Shown here: positions 20,143 to 30,064 of the stretch, piece after piece
How positions within the stretch are numbered: the stretch's first letter is position 1
How the letters are laid out: each line of letters begins with the position of its first letter
Translations under genes and position numbers: made by a program
Notes under the pieces: generated by a model
What the model saw: only the letters and a program-made list of their open reading frames with translations
The model's database searches: none
What the model was told of the DNA's origin: nothing
Origin: Rhodoferax sp.
GTDB lineage: Bacteria; Pseudomonadota; Gammaproteobacteria; Burkholderiales; Burkholderiaceae_C
DNA length: 64,000 bases
Assembly: GCF_012927445.1 (NCBI RefSeq)
Contig: NZ_JABBPD010000004.1
Coordinates: 529,039-593,038 of the forward strand
Direction: 5' to 3'

Positions 20143-21019
20143 CCCACAACGCCCCGTCGTGCTGGTGGTGGACGATGACCCCGCCAGCCTGGGTATGTTG
20201 TGCGATACGCTGGAGGGCGAGGGCTATTCCGTGCTGGTGGCCCGGGACGGCGACGCGGCGCTGGAGCGTCTTGAACTGGTGGCGCCTGACGCCATTCTGC
20301 TGGATGCCGTCATGCCGGGCCTGTCCGGCTTTGACACCTGTCGACTCATCAAGGCGAACCCGGTGCTGGCCCACATTCCTGTGATTTTCATGACCGGCCT
20401 GTCTGAAACGCCCCATGTGCTGGAAGGCTTTGCCTGTGGCGGTGTGGACTATGTGGTCAAGCCCTTGCGCGCCCAGGAACTCGTGGCCCGCCTGCACACC
20501 CACACCCGTAACGCCCGCATCACACGGCTGGCGCGTGAGGCGGTTGACGTGGCTGGATTCGGGGTGGTGCTGGTGGATGACCTGGGGCGTGTCGCCTGGC
20601 GCTCACCGCAGGCGGCCTTGTGGCTGCAAACGGTTGACGGCACGACCGCTGACGGGCGATTGTCTGATTCTGTGAACGCGGCACTTGGCGGCGATAGCGA
20701 CCAGGTACGGCTGACGCTGGCCGGCGTGCAGTTGACGGTACGCAACATGGGCCGGGTCGGCATGGGGGAGACCATGCTGCTGCTGGAGCAGCGCAGCGCC
20801 AGCGCAGCGGCGCCCTTCCAGCTGGAAAATGCCGCCTTGACGCCACGCGAAACCGAAGTCTTGTCATGGCTGGCCAAGGGAAAAACCAACCGGGATATTG
20901 GAGACATTCTGGGCATGAGCCACCGAACGGTAAATAAGCACCTGGAACACATTTTTGAGAAGCTGGGGGTCGAAACCCGCGCTGCCGCTGCGGCACTGGC
21001 GACCCGGCATTTGCTTTAA
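20120..21019 (+). CDS. Response regulator, REC plus LuxR-type HTH
   Basis: VVDDD...LLDAVMPG receiver and [31 protein letters not shown]; overlaps the kinase 3' end. Confidence 0.92.
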   Translation: MKMLANPDPQRPVVLVVDDDPASLGMLCDTLEGEGYSVLVARDGDAALERLELVAPDAILLDAVMPGLSGFDTCRLIKANPVLAHIPVIFMTGLSETPHVLEGFACGGVDYVVKPLRAQELVARLHTHTRNARITRLAREAVDVAGFGVVLVDDLGRVAWRSPQAALWLQTVDGTTADGRLSDSVNAALGGDSDQVRLTLAGVQLTVRNMGRVGMGETMLLLEQRSASAAAPFQLENAALTPRETEVLSWLAKGKTNRDIGDILGMSHRTVNKHLEHIFEKLGVETRAAAAALATRHLL

Positions 21020-21024
21020 CACGA

Positions 21025-21159
21025 TGCACCAAACAGGGGTTTATTGCCACAAACCGCATCCATCCCGCCACTTTATGGTGCGCCCACCGAGGAACCTGCC
21101 GCCATCGCACCGGCGCAGGGCGTCAAGAATGCGGCCGGTATCACGGCATGGCTATTGCA
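21025..21159 (+). promoter_or_regulatory. NtrC-like boxes and sigma-54 promoter candidate upstream of ureA
   Basis: CGGCATG-GCTA-TTGCA at 21144-21159 (GG-N10-GC); TGCACCAAACAGGGGTT (21025), CGCCACTTTATGGTGCG (21066) and CGCACCGGCGCAGGGCG (21106) partly match TGCACCA-N3-TGGTGCA. Confidence 0.55.
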
Positions 21160-21170
21160 TAGGTAAGTGC

Positions 21171-21473
21171 ATGGAACTCACCCCCCGCGAAAAAGACAAG
21201 CTGCTGATTTTTACCGCCGGTTTGCTGGCCGAGCGCCGCAAGGCGCGCGGCCTGAAACTCAACTACCCGGAGGCGCTGGCCCTGATCAGCGCCGCCGTGA
21301 TGGAAGGCGCCCGCGACGGTAAAACCGTGGCGCAACTGATGAGCCTGGGCCGCACCATCTTGACCCGCGCTGACGTGATGGACGGCATTGCCGAGATGAT
21401 TCCCGACATTCAGGTGGAGGCCACGTTTCCGGATGGCACCAAGCTGGTGACGGTGCATCAGCCGATTGTTTGA
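21171..21473 (+). CDS. ureA: Urease gamma subunit
   Basis: [12 protein letters not shown]...LNYPEA...[16 protein letters not shown], 100 aa. Confidence 0.98.
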   Translation: MELTPREKDKLLIFTAGLLAERRKARGLKLNYPEALALISAAVMEGARDGKTVAQLMSLGRTILTRADVMDGIAEMIPDIQVEATFPDGTKLVTVHQPIV

Positions 21474-21511
21474 ATGAATTTCTTTATGGCCATTGCGAGG
21501 AGACAAGCACC

Positions 21512-22108
21512 ATGCATCCCAAGTTACTGAACACTCTTGTTTTGATAACTGCTTGCGCACTGTCCACGGGGGCTAGCGCCCATATTGGCACTGAAGTTGG
21601 CACCCATGCCGAGTTCGGGCTTTTGAACGGCCTGCTGCATCCGTTGACCGGCTTGGACCATCTGGCCGCCATGCTGGCCGTGGGCTTCTGGAGCGCGCTA
21701 ACCGCCCGCCGCGCCTGGACGGCACCACTGGCCTTCGCTGCCATGTTGCTGGTCGGCGCCCAGCTCGGCCTGGCCGGGATGGCGCTGCCGGCGGTCGAGC
21801 CGATGATTGCGGCCTCGCTCTTGGTGCTGGGTTTGCTGGTGGCCTTGCGGGCCCGCCTGCCCGCCCTGCTGGCGGCCGCCTTGGTCGGTGTTTTTGCCAT
21901 TTTTCACGGTGTCGCGCATGGCACCGAACTTGTTGGTGCGGCAACCGTCTGGGCGCCGTTGGCGGGCATGTTGATCACCACCGTGGCACTGCATGCAGCC
22001 GGCCTCGGTTTGGGTCTGACCCTGAGAACGCGCAACCGATGGGGGGCGCGCATAGCAGGCACGGTGGTCACCCTCTTCGGCAGCTTTTTGTTGCTGCAAA
22101 TGGTTTAA
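21512..22108 (+). CDS. ureJ: HupE/UreJ-family nickel transporter
   Basis: HPLTGLDHLAAMLAVG, VEPMIAAS and FHGVAHG motifs. Confidence 0.9.
   Translation: MHPKLLNTLVLITACALSTGASAHIGTEVGTHAEFGLLNGLLHPLTGLDHLAAMLAVGFWSALTARRAWTAPLAFAAMLLVGAQLGLAGMALPAVEPMIAASLLVLGLLVALRARLPALLAAALVGVFAIFHGVAHGTELVGAATVWAPLAGMLITTVALHAAGLGLGLTLRTRNRWGARIAGTVVTLFGSFLLLQMV
21530..21580 (+). repeat. Dispersed palindromic repeat, copy 3 (in-frame in UreJ signal peptide)
   Basis: TTGATAACTGCTTGCGCACTGTCCACGGGGGCTAGCGCC, encoding LITACALSTGASA; left arm degenerate. Confidence 0.7.
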
Positions 22109-22120
22109 CGAGGACACACC

Positions 22121-22449
22121 ATGACACCCGGCGAAATCATCACCGACGGCCCCGATCACTTCCTCAACCCGGGACGACCCACCGTCACGCTGGTGGTGCA
22201 AAACACGGCGGACCGGCCGATCCAGGTCGGCTCGCATTACCACTTTGCTGAAACCAATGGCGCGCTCGGCTTTGACCGCGCCGCTGCCCAGGGTATGCGC
22301 CTGAACATTGCTTCGGGCGCGGCGGTGCGCTTCGAGCCGGGGCAGCAACGCACGGTGGAGCTGGTGGACTACGCAGGGGAGCGGCTGGTGTTTGGTTTTC
22401 GTGGATTGACGAACGGTGCGGTTGACGCCAGCATCAAGGGAACTCTGTA

Positions 22450-22450
<1 letters not shown>
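22121..22450 (+). CDS. ureB: Urease beta subunit
   Basis: [32 protein letters not shown]. Confidence 0.97.
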
Positions 22451-24167
<1,717 letters not shown>

Positions 24168-24168
<1 letters not shown>

Positions 24169-24779
24169 TGCTCCAAATCTCCAAACTCATGCCGCAAGGC
24201 GCCGGCCTCGCCCCGGTGCTGATCAAACGCGCCGCCACCGTCGAACTGGACTGGGACGTGCGCCAGAAAAGCCGTTTTGACGCCACCGATTCACAGGGTC
24301 GCACGCTCGGTATCTTCCTGCCACGTGGCACCGTGGTGCGCGGTGGCGACGTGCTGGTGGCCGAAGACGGCTCGCTGATCCAGGTGATCGCGGCGCCGCA
24401 GCCGGTGCTGGTGATTACCACTTGCAGCGCGCACGGCAGCCCGTTTGACCTGACGCGCGCCGCCTACCACCTGGGCAACCGCCATGTGCCGATCGAACTC
24501 CAACCCGATCACCTGAAAATCGAACCCGACCATGTGCTGGCCGACATGCTGCGCGCCCTGCATTTGACGGTGCGCGAGGCGACCGAGGCGTTCGAGCCCG
24601 AGGGTGGCGCCTATTCCGCCACCGGCCACAGCCACGCCCCCCACGTCCATGGCGCTGCGCACGACCATAGCCCTGCGGCGCCAGCCGCAAAACCCAAGCC
24701 CATCAGCATTCCGATTGCCGCCGCGGCGCCGCACGTCCATGGGCCGGGCTGCAATCACGGGCACGGCCACCACCCCTGA
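24168..24779 (+). CDS. ureE: Urease accessory protein UreE with His-rich tail
   Basis: [33 protein letters not shown]. Confidence 0.95.
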
Positions 24780-25528
24780 TGCGCCCACCCGGCCCCCTCC
24801 CGCGCCATCCGCTCAACGGCATTCGTCGACGCCGGGACCTGCCCGCACCCCGCAGCGGCAACAGCCTGATGCAACTGATGTGGCTCGCCTCGCCGGCCCT
24901 GCCGATTGGTGGATTTTCTTACTCAGAATGCCTTGAAGCCGCTGTCGATACTGCGCGAGTAGCTACAGAATCAGGAGCAACCGAGTGGCTGCTCGACCAG
25001 CTCCACCTGAGTCTGGCGCGAGGCGACTTGGCCGTGCTGGCCAAGGCGGTGCCGGCCTGGCAGCGCGCCGACCACGCCCGCATCGCGGAACTCAACGCCT
25101 GGGTGCTGCAAACCCGGGAGAGCAGCGAACTGCGCGCCCAAGCCGAGCAAATGGGCCGATCCCTGCTGGAGTGGCTGCGCAACCACACCACCGCCCGCAC
25201 CGAACAAATCGACACGCTGGCCCAGTTGCAGCCGACCTACCCGCTGGCCTTCGCCCTCGCCGCCAGCGCCTGCCAGGCCACACTGCGCGACTGCCTGCTG
25301 ACCTTTGCCTTCGGCTGGGCCGAAAACATGGTGCAAGCGGCGATCAAGTCGGTGCCGCTGGGCCAAAGCGCCGGGCAGCGCATTTTGTCGGCCCTGACGG
25401 CCGAAATCCCCCGCGCTGTCGACCACGCCCTCTCGTTGGCTGACAGTGAACGGCAAGCCTTTTCCCCCATGCTGGCGATCCTGAGTGCCCAGCATGAAGT
25501 TCAATACTCCCGCCTCTTTAGATCCTGA
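24779..25528 (+). CDS. ureF: Urease accessory protein UreF (start may be downstream, e.g. 24869)
   Basis: [14 protein letters not shown] and C-terminal [11 protein letters not shown]. Confidence 0.95.
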   Translation: MRPPGPLPRHPLNGIRRRRDLPAPRSGNSLMQLMWLASPALPIGGFSYSECLEAAVDTARVATESGATEWLLDQLHLSLARGDLAVLAKAVPAWQRADHARIAELNAWVLQTRESSELRAQAEQMGRSLLEWLRNHTTARTEQIDTLAQLQPTYPLAFALAASACQATLRDCLLTFAFGWAENMVQAAIKSVPLGQSAGQRILSALTAEIPRAVDHALSLADSERQAFSPMLAILSAQHEVQYSRLFRS

Positions 25529-25539
25529 AAGCGTCCGCC

Positions 25540-26199
25540 ATGTCTGCACTGCACCACATCCCGAATCGCACCAAAAAGCTGCCGCCGCTGCGTGTCGGCA
25601 TCGGCGGCCCGGTCGGCTCCGGCAAAACCACGCTGCTGGAAATGCTGTGCAAGGGCATGCGCGACCGCTATGACCTGGTCGCCATCACCAACGACATCTA
25701 CACCAAGGAAGACCAGCGCCTGCTGACCGAGAGCGGCGCATTGGATGCCGAGCGCATCATGGGCGTCGAGACCGGCGGCTGCCCGCACACCGCCATCCGG
25801 GAAGATGCCTCCATCAATCTGGAAGCCATTGACCGCATGCTGGTGGACTTTCCCGACGCCGATATCGTGTTCATCGAGAGCGGCGGCGACAACTTGGCCG
25901 CCACCTTCAGCCCCGAACTGAGCGACCTGACGATCTACGTCATCGACGTCGCCGCCGGCGAGAAGATCCCGCGCAAAGGCGGCCCCGGCATCACCAAGAG
26001 CGATTTTTTCGTCATCAATAAAACCGACCTGGCCCCCTACGTGGGCGCCAATCTGGACGTGATGGCGGCGGATACCACCCGCATGCGCACCGGGCCGAAG
26101 GGCCTCAAACCCTTTGTCATGACCAATTTGAAGACGCTGGCGGGACTGGCCGAAGTAATTGCCTTTATTGAATCCAAAGGCATGCTGCAAGCCCGTTAG
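25540..26199 (+). CDS. ureG: Urease accessory GTPase UreG
   Basis: [27 protein letters not shown]. Confidence 0.98.
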   Translation: MSALHHIPNRTKKLPPLRVGIGGPVGSGKTTLLEMLCKGMRDRYDLVAITNDIYTKEDQRLLTESGALDAERIMGVETGGCPHTAIREDASINLEAIDRMLVDFPDADIVFIESGGDNLAATFSPELSDLTIYVIDVAAGEKIPRKGGPGITKSDFFVINKTDLAPYVGANLDVMAADTTRMRTGPKGLKPFVMTNLKTLAGLAEVIAFIESKGMLQAR

Positions 26200-26211
26200 A
26201 ATAGGCAGCTT

Positions 26212-26299
26212 GGAAGCGTGGCAGAGTGGCCGATTGCACTAGTCTTGAAAACTAGCAAACCGAAAGGTTTCGTGAGTTCGAATCTCACCGCTTCCGCCA
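26212..26299 (+). tRNA. tRNA-Ser(TGA)
   Basis: GGAAGCG/CGCTTCC acceptor, anticodon arm CTAGT-CTTGAAA-ACTAG, long variable arm, GTTCGAATC T-loop, encoded CCA. Confidence 0.97.
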
Positions 26300-26328
26300 A
26301 ATACTGAGCCCCATGCGGGCTCCCGGTC

Positions 26329-26400
26329 TGTGCTATTAAGCATAAAGTGACCATTTGGACAAGTTATGCCTTATTTCCCAATTGGCCACATTTTGCTTTA
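26329..26400. repeat. tRNA-proximal transposon end with three 17-bp TnsB-like sites
   Basis: TTAAGCATAAAGTGACC (26336-26352, inverted), GGACAAGTTATGCCTTA (26357-26373) and GGCCACATTTTGCTTTA (26384-26400); each 14/17 to GGYCAACTTATGCTTTA. Confidence 0.8.
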
Positions 26401-26469
26401 CTGGAACTTTGTGCTAGGAATCCAATGCGACGCTCAGCCACTGGTAGGCTAATTTCAAAAAAACAATCT

Positions 26470-26505
26470 AAGCTCACCGATACAAAATCGAGTGGGCTTT
26501 TTTTT
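26470..26505 (+). terminator. Intrinsic terminator inside the transposon end region
   Basis: AAGCTCAC-CGAT...ATCG-A-GTGGGCTT stem followed by a T-run. Confidence 0.7.
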
Positions 26506-26613
26506 GCCCAGCCCTGTTGGGGTTCACGCCCAACACACTGTGGGCTTCGCCCGAACTGCACTGGGACTTTGGCTTGTTACTACTGCGCGCAACAACACTC
26601 AGGGACCGCACTC

Positions 26614-26735
26614 ATGCTCACTGGCGAGCTACGCAGCCAAATCGACGCTATCTGGAATTCATTCTGAACCGGCGGCATCTCCAACCCATTGGAGGTGATG
26701 AAGAAAATCACTTACCTGCTTCGACGAACTATGCG
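26614..26735 (+). pseudogene. hsdM: Type I restriction-modification methyltransferase (HsdM) N-terminal relic
   Basis: MLTGELRSQIDAIWNSF*TGGISNPLEVMKKITYLL resembles HsdM N-termini (IDxIWxxFWSGGIxNPLxVIEQITYLL); TGA where Trp is expected, and similarity is lost after about 36 codons. Confidence 0.75.
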
Positions 26736-26875
26736 GACCAGTTGACGGCAGTCATGTGATGCGACATCAACCCAGTCAATGGACTTCGCATCATGCCGCG
26801 CCTTCCAAAAGCTGAAGAGGCTGCCCGAAAAAGGCCACGGGTTCGTCCCTGCTCGCAACACTAGACGTCTTGGAA

Positions 26876-27862
26876 TTACAGGTGGTTATAGAAAACCGGT
26901 TCCTTGAGCGGATTGATTTCGTTTGGAAGAATTCCATCGACAGCCGGCAGCAGCTCATCATCTGCAGAAGTCATCGGCTCGATTCGAGAGCTGTAGTCAA
27001 CTCCTCCGAAAATCTTGTCAATTCCTTTAACGATTGGGGCTAGTCCATCATTGACTTTTACCATCAAACTGCGCTCATTCTCTGGGAGCAGAAACTGCAA
27101 GAGATATGGCTTAACTCCCGCGCCCATCTCGATACCCAGTGCGGTGTTCAGCAACCCTGAAGTCTTAGTCACGAACGTGCTCATTTCATTTTTCTTGGCA
27201 ATCGAGTACGAGCTCAAGGTAATGAGCTTTCCCTCAAGTGGAAATGAGATGGCAAAGACATCTTTTCTCGTCGGAATGGGAGACATGCGTTCAAACATAC
27301 CTCTCTCCTGGTACCAACGGACTTTGACTTTGATTTGACCGCGGAATTCGTAAAGCCCCGCCTGCACAGGGGCCGCGTATCGCTCTTGAAACGCTGCCGC
27401 CACCTTTTCATAGTCCTTGTTATTGGCGCAACCATCACTGCATGGCAATAACACGAGACGAGGGATGGTTCCTATCTTGTCCTTGCGTTGATTGATTCGG
27501 TCCATGGCCTCTTTATCGCCAATACCTTCGAGTACCAATGAGTTGGTAATTTCAGGCATGTTTTCCGACTTTCGGTACCTTAGAAGCAGATGCTTTTTGT
27601 CTGCGTATCTGGCTTGGATACTCGGATTCTGGTTGACGATAGGCTCATTCGCTAATGAGTCAGTTGGCTTTTTTTCACTCAAATTCGTGACTTCTGAAAT
27701 GACCTGGGAGGCTACAGCCGGTTGGTCAATGATGGTGATGCTGGAAGCTACCGCAGCACTGTCCTTTTCGACATCCAACCCAAGAGCTCCTTCATTACCT
27801 ACCGCCCACGCGTTCAGTGCAAAAGCCAAACCCAGAAAACCAAATTTCTTGATGTTTTTCAC
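26876..27862 (-). CDS. Uncharacterised secreted protein A (328 aa), downstream of riboswitch
   Basis: GTG start at 27862 gives VKNIKKFGFLGLAFALNAWA, a Sec-type signal peptide; the longer ORF call runs into the terminator; no family recognised. Confidence 0.75.
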   Translation of the reverse strand: MKNIKKFGFLGLAFALNAWAVGNEGALGLDVEKDSAAVASSITIIDQPAVASQVISEVTNLSEKKPTDSLANEPIVNQNPSIQARYADKKHLLLRYRKSENMPEITNSLVLEGIGDKEAMDRINQRKDKIGTIPRLVLLPCSDGCANNKDYEKVAAAFQERYAAPVQAGLYEFRGQIKVKVRWYQERGMFERMSPIPTRKDVFAISFPLEGKLITLSSYSIAKKNEMSTFVTKTSGLLNTALGIEMGAGVKPYLLQFLLPENERSLMVKVNDGLAPIVKGIDKIFGGVDYSSRIEPMTSADDELLPAVDGILPNEINPLKEPVFYNHL

Positions 27863-27886
27863 GTCTCTAACCTTCAACTCAAATAC

Positions 27887-27920
27887 AAAAAAACCCTCAA
27901 CCAATTGCTTGGTGGAGGGC
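27887..27920 (-). terminator. Intrinsic terminator, expression platform of the minus-strand riboswitch
   Basis: Minus strand GCCCTCCACCAA-GCAA-TTGGTTGAGGGT followed by TTTTTT. Confidence 0.85.
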
Positions 27921-27954
27921 AGATACTGAATCTATCAATGAACCTGCAAATGCA

Positions 27955-28038
27955 AATTCTGCAACCCCGTACCGTAGTTTTTGACCTCAGGCCGGAAGCT
28001 TTGCGTCTCAGCCTTTCGACCGATTTGCCTCGTGGCAG
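27955..28038 (-). promoter_or_regulatory. c-di-GMP-I (GEMM-I) riboswitch aptamer, minus strand
   Basis: GAGGCAAA-UCGGUC-GAAA-GGCUGA-GACGCAAAGCUUCCGG-CCUGAG...UACGG-UACGGGGUUGC: GAAA tetraloop, receptor-like motif, and G20/A47/C92-equivalent positions present. Confidence 0.9.
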
Positions 28039-28320
28039 CGAGTCTATCAACTTAAAGCTGCCTTCTTGGGTTATCCAAGGTAGGTGGGTTGGGTATCTGC
28101 TTCGCTAATCGCTGTTGGCAGCCTGCTGGGGAGACCACCAAGGACGCAAGGTTTTGAGCACTTCGCATGACAGGCCTTGCCAGCCCTCCGGCCAAATGGA
28201 ACGTAGGAACTCTTTTGCCAACGAAAAATGTGACCTGAATTGCCAGGCCTCAACAAATGGCGGCCATCCGACACCTAACTCAGTCCAGATTTTCAGTTCC
28301 ACCTAAAAAGTCATTTATGA

Positions 28321-28404
28321 TTTCGCCTGGGCAAACCCTCTGAAAAGTGGGGACGCAAAGCCACCGACCTACGGAGCAATCTATGGTAGCGGAGCCGCTG
28401 GGAG
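28321..28404 (+). promoter_or_regulatory. c-di-GMP-I (GEMM-I) riboswitch aptamer, plus strand
   Basis: GGGCAAA-CCCUCU-GAAA-AGUGGG-GACGCAAAGCCACCGA-CCUACG-GAGCAAUC-UAUGG-UAGCGGAGCCGC: near-canonical 11-nt receptor; G20 = 28330, A47 = 28357, C92 = 28398 equivalents. Confidence 0.93.
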
Positions 28405-28430
28405 TGAAGACTCTCATCGAGCATTTGCGA

Positions 28431-28463
28431 AAGCCCGTTGCCTGCATGGTCACGGGCTTTTTT
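28431..28463 (+). terminator. Intrinsic terminator, expression platform of the plus-strand riboswitch
   Basis: AAGCCCGT...ACGGGCTT stem followed by TTTT, about 50 nt before the ATG at 28512. Confidence 0.85.
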
Positions 28464-28511
28464 GTTGCTCAGTCGATTGGCCCACGACCAAATAAACACG
28501 GAAAACTCTCA

Positions 28512-29903
28512 ATGTATTTGCCAGAAATTCGTTTTACTAAGCTATCCACGCTTGTGGTATCTCTGGCTATCTCTGGCCTTGCACATGCACATCCCTTGGA
28601 TTTCTTGACCCCCGAGCAGCGGGTGTTCATGATGAACAAGTTTCTGCAGTCTCAAAATGAACTGCTCGTTCAACCAGGGAAATCTGGAGCAGCAGATGGC
28701 AGCGGCGCAACGCCATTGACGCTGGAGCAACGGGTAAAGCTCCTAAACTGGTTCGTGACAGGAAAAACCGGCGATGAGGCACAAGCACCCAATAAATTGG
28801 AAGTCGCTGCGGCCAAGCCTGTTATTGCATCTGCCCCTGCGCTTTCGCAGCCGGCACCTGCTGCCGCCCAAAACAATGAAGCAAGCTTGGCGGCTGAGCT
28901 CGACAAATGGGCTGCTCTTCCATCTGGAGTCAAGTTTGAACGGTTCCGTGACGGCTTTGCCATCAATCAAACCCGATACCTCGACCCAGAGGGACGCATC
29001 GTTTCCTATGGCTTTGACGAACAATCAGGTGACTTTACCTATCTTGTACAGAGCGGAAGTGGGCAATTTCTCTTGAAATCAGGCCGTGCCTCAAGCGGGA
29101 ACGAACCCATTGAAATCGGCAAGGCCGAATTGCGAGGGTCCCTATGGGCGGTGACAACGGTTACCGGTAGAAAATTCACGGGCAGAAGGTTGATTCCGCT
29201 TGCTCGGGGGTTCATCGTCGCTCGCGACAACACTGGGTATCGTTATGTTCCGGGCAAAGGCATGACCTCTTTTGCAGCCCCGGAACAGTTCTCCATCGCG
29301 GCACTCCAAAGCGGAAACGTCTCTGGAACTGGTTACATCCTGCTCGAACGGACGCCAGAAGAACAAGCCATGGCAAATAACAGCGTGAGCGCGCTCTTTA
29401 GTAGCGTGAAAGCACTGGGAAGCACCCTCGGAATAGGTAAGAAAGAGGATTACGCCCTGCTGAATATCGATTCCAAAAAACTTGTTCCCATCAACATCTC
29501 CATGGAGGATAAGCGTGTTCAAGTGATGAGCGTCTGTCGCAGGCAAAACTTCATCATGGCGGAGTGCGAGCGGATGGACTCTTACGAAAGCCTGTTTCAG
29601 CCCAATGGGATGCACAACATGACGCACTACTTCTGGCGCATCAATTGGTTCAATGCCGGTGGTCGTCCGATTCTTGTTTCACAAGAAGGTGGATTGACGA
29701 AAGTTGCAGCAACCGATTTGGGTACGGGGAAAAAAGCCATGATTTTTGAGCGCGTAATGGGTATTGCTTCTTTCAATGCTGACCAGGGTGTGGACGGCAG
29801 AATTTCGGTTTCTGCACAGATGGGGTTCAGTACAGAGAAAAAAGACGATATCGTTTCACTGCTGGACTCATCGACACAGGTCTCTTCAAAAGACCCCGAG
29901 TGA
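28512..29903 (+). CDS. Uncharacterised secreted protein B (463 aa), downstream of riboswitch
   Basis: MYLPEIRFTKLSTLVVSLAISGLAHA signal peptide, Ala/Pro-rich linker, apparently beta-strand-rich C-terminal region; the upstream ORF extension overlaps the riboswitch and is not credible. Confidence 0.8.
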   Translation: MYLPEIRFTKLSTLVVSLAISGLAHAHPLDFLTPEQRVFMMNKFLQSQNELLVQPGKSGAADGSGATPLTLEQRVKLLNWFVTGKTGDEAQAPNKLEVAAAKPVIASAPALSQPAPAAAQNNEASLAAELDKWAALPSGVKFERFRDGFAINQTRYLDPEGRIVSYGFDEQSGDFTYLVQSGSGQFLLKSGRASSGNEPIEIGKAELRGSLWAVTTVTGRKFTGRRLIPLARGFIVARDNTGYRYVPGKGMTSFAAPEQFSIAALQSGNVSGTGYILLERTPEEQAMANNSVSALFSSVKALGSTLGIGKKEDYALLNIDSKKLVPINISMEDKRVQVMSVCRRQNFIMAECERMDSYESLFQPNGMHNMTHYFWRINWFNAGGRPILVSQEGGLTKVAATDLGTGKKAMIFERVMGIASFNADQGVDGRISVSAQMGFSTEKKDDIVSLLDSSTQVSSKDPE

Positions 29904-29932
29904 CCCTCAGAGCAGTCGCTTAGCTCGTTTAC

Positions 29933-29961
29933 GGCCCTCCGCTATTCGGCCGAGGGCTTTT
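29933..29961 (+). terminator. Possible terminator after protein B
   Basis: GCCCTC...GAGGGC stem followed by TTTT. Confidence 0.45.
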
Positions 29962-30064
29962 GCCATACTGGCGAGAGACGCAGCAACATAGACGCAGATG
30001 AGCACTCCCAGACCGAAATCAGTCGACAAAAAAACTGGCAGCGTTTGCGACGAGTTTTTTCTTT

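Noticed and set aside
24640-24779. His-rich C-terminus of UreE
   Set aside because: A well-known nickel-storage feature of UreE proteins, not novel
26400-26613. Possible tnsA/tnsB remnant next to either transposon end
   Set aside because: The short ORFs here and at 29920-30060 show no transposase-like motifs I can recognise; a tBLASTn search would be needed to exclude it
27955-28404. cGAMP-specific (GEMM-Ib) assignment of the aptamers
   Set aside because: Both have G, not A, at the G20-equivalent position (28029 and 28330)
28347-28511. ORF-track N-terminal extension of protein B, and the 27863-27904 extension of protein A
   Set aside because: These extensions run through the riboswitch and terminator hairpins; the downstream starts give proper signal peptides
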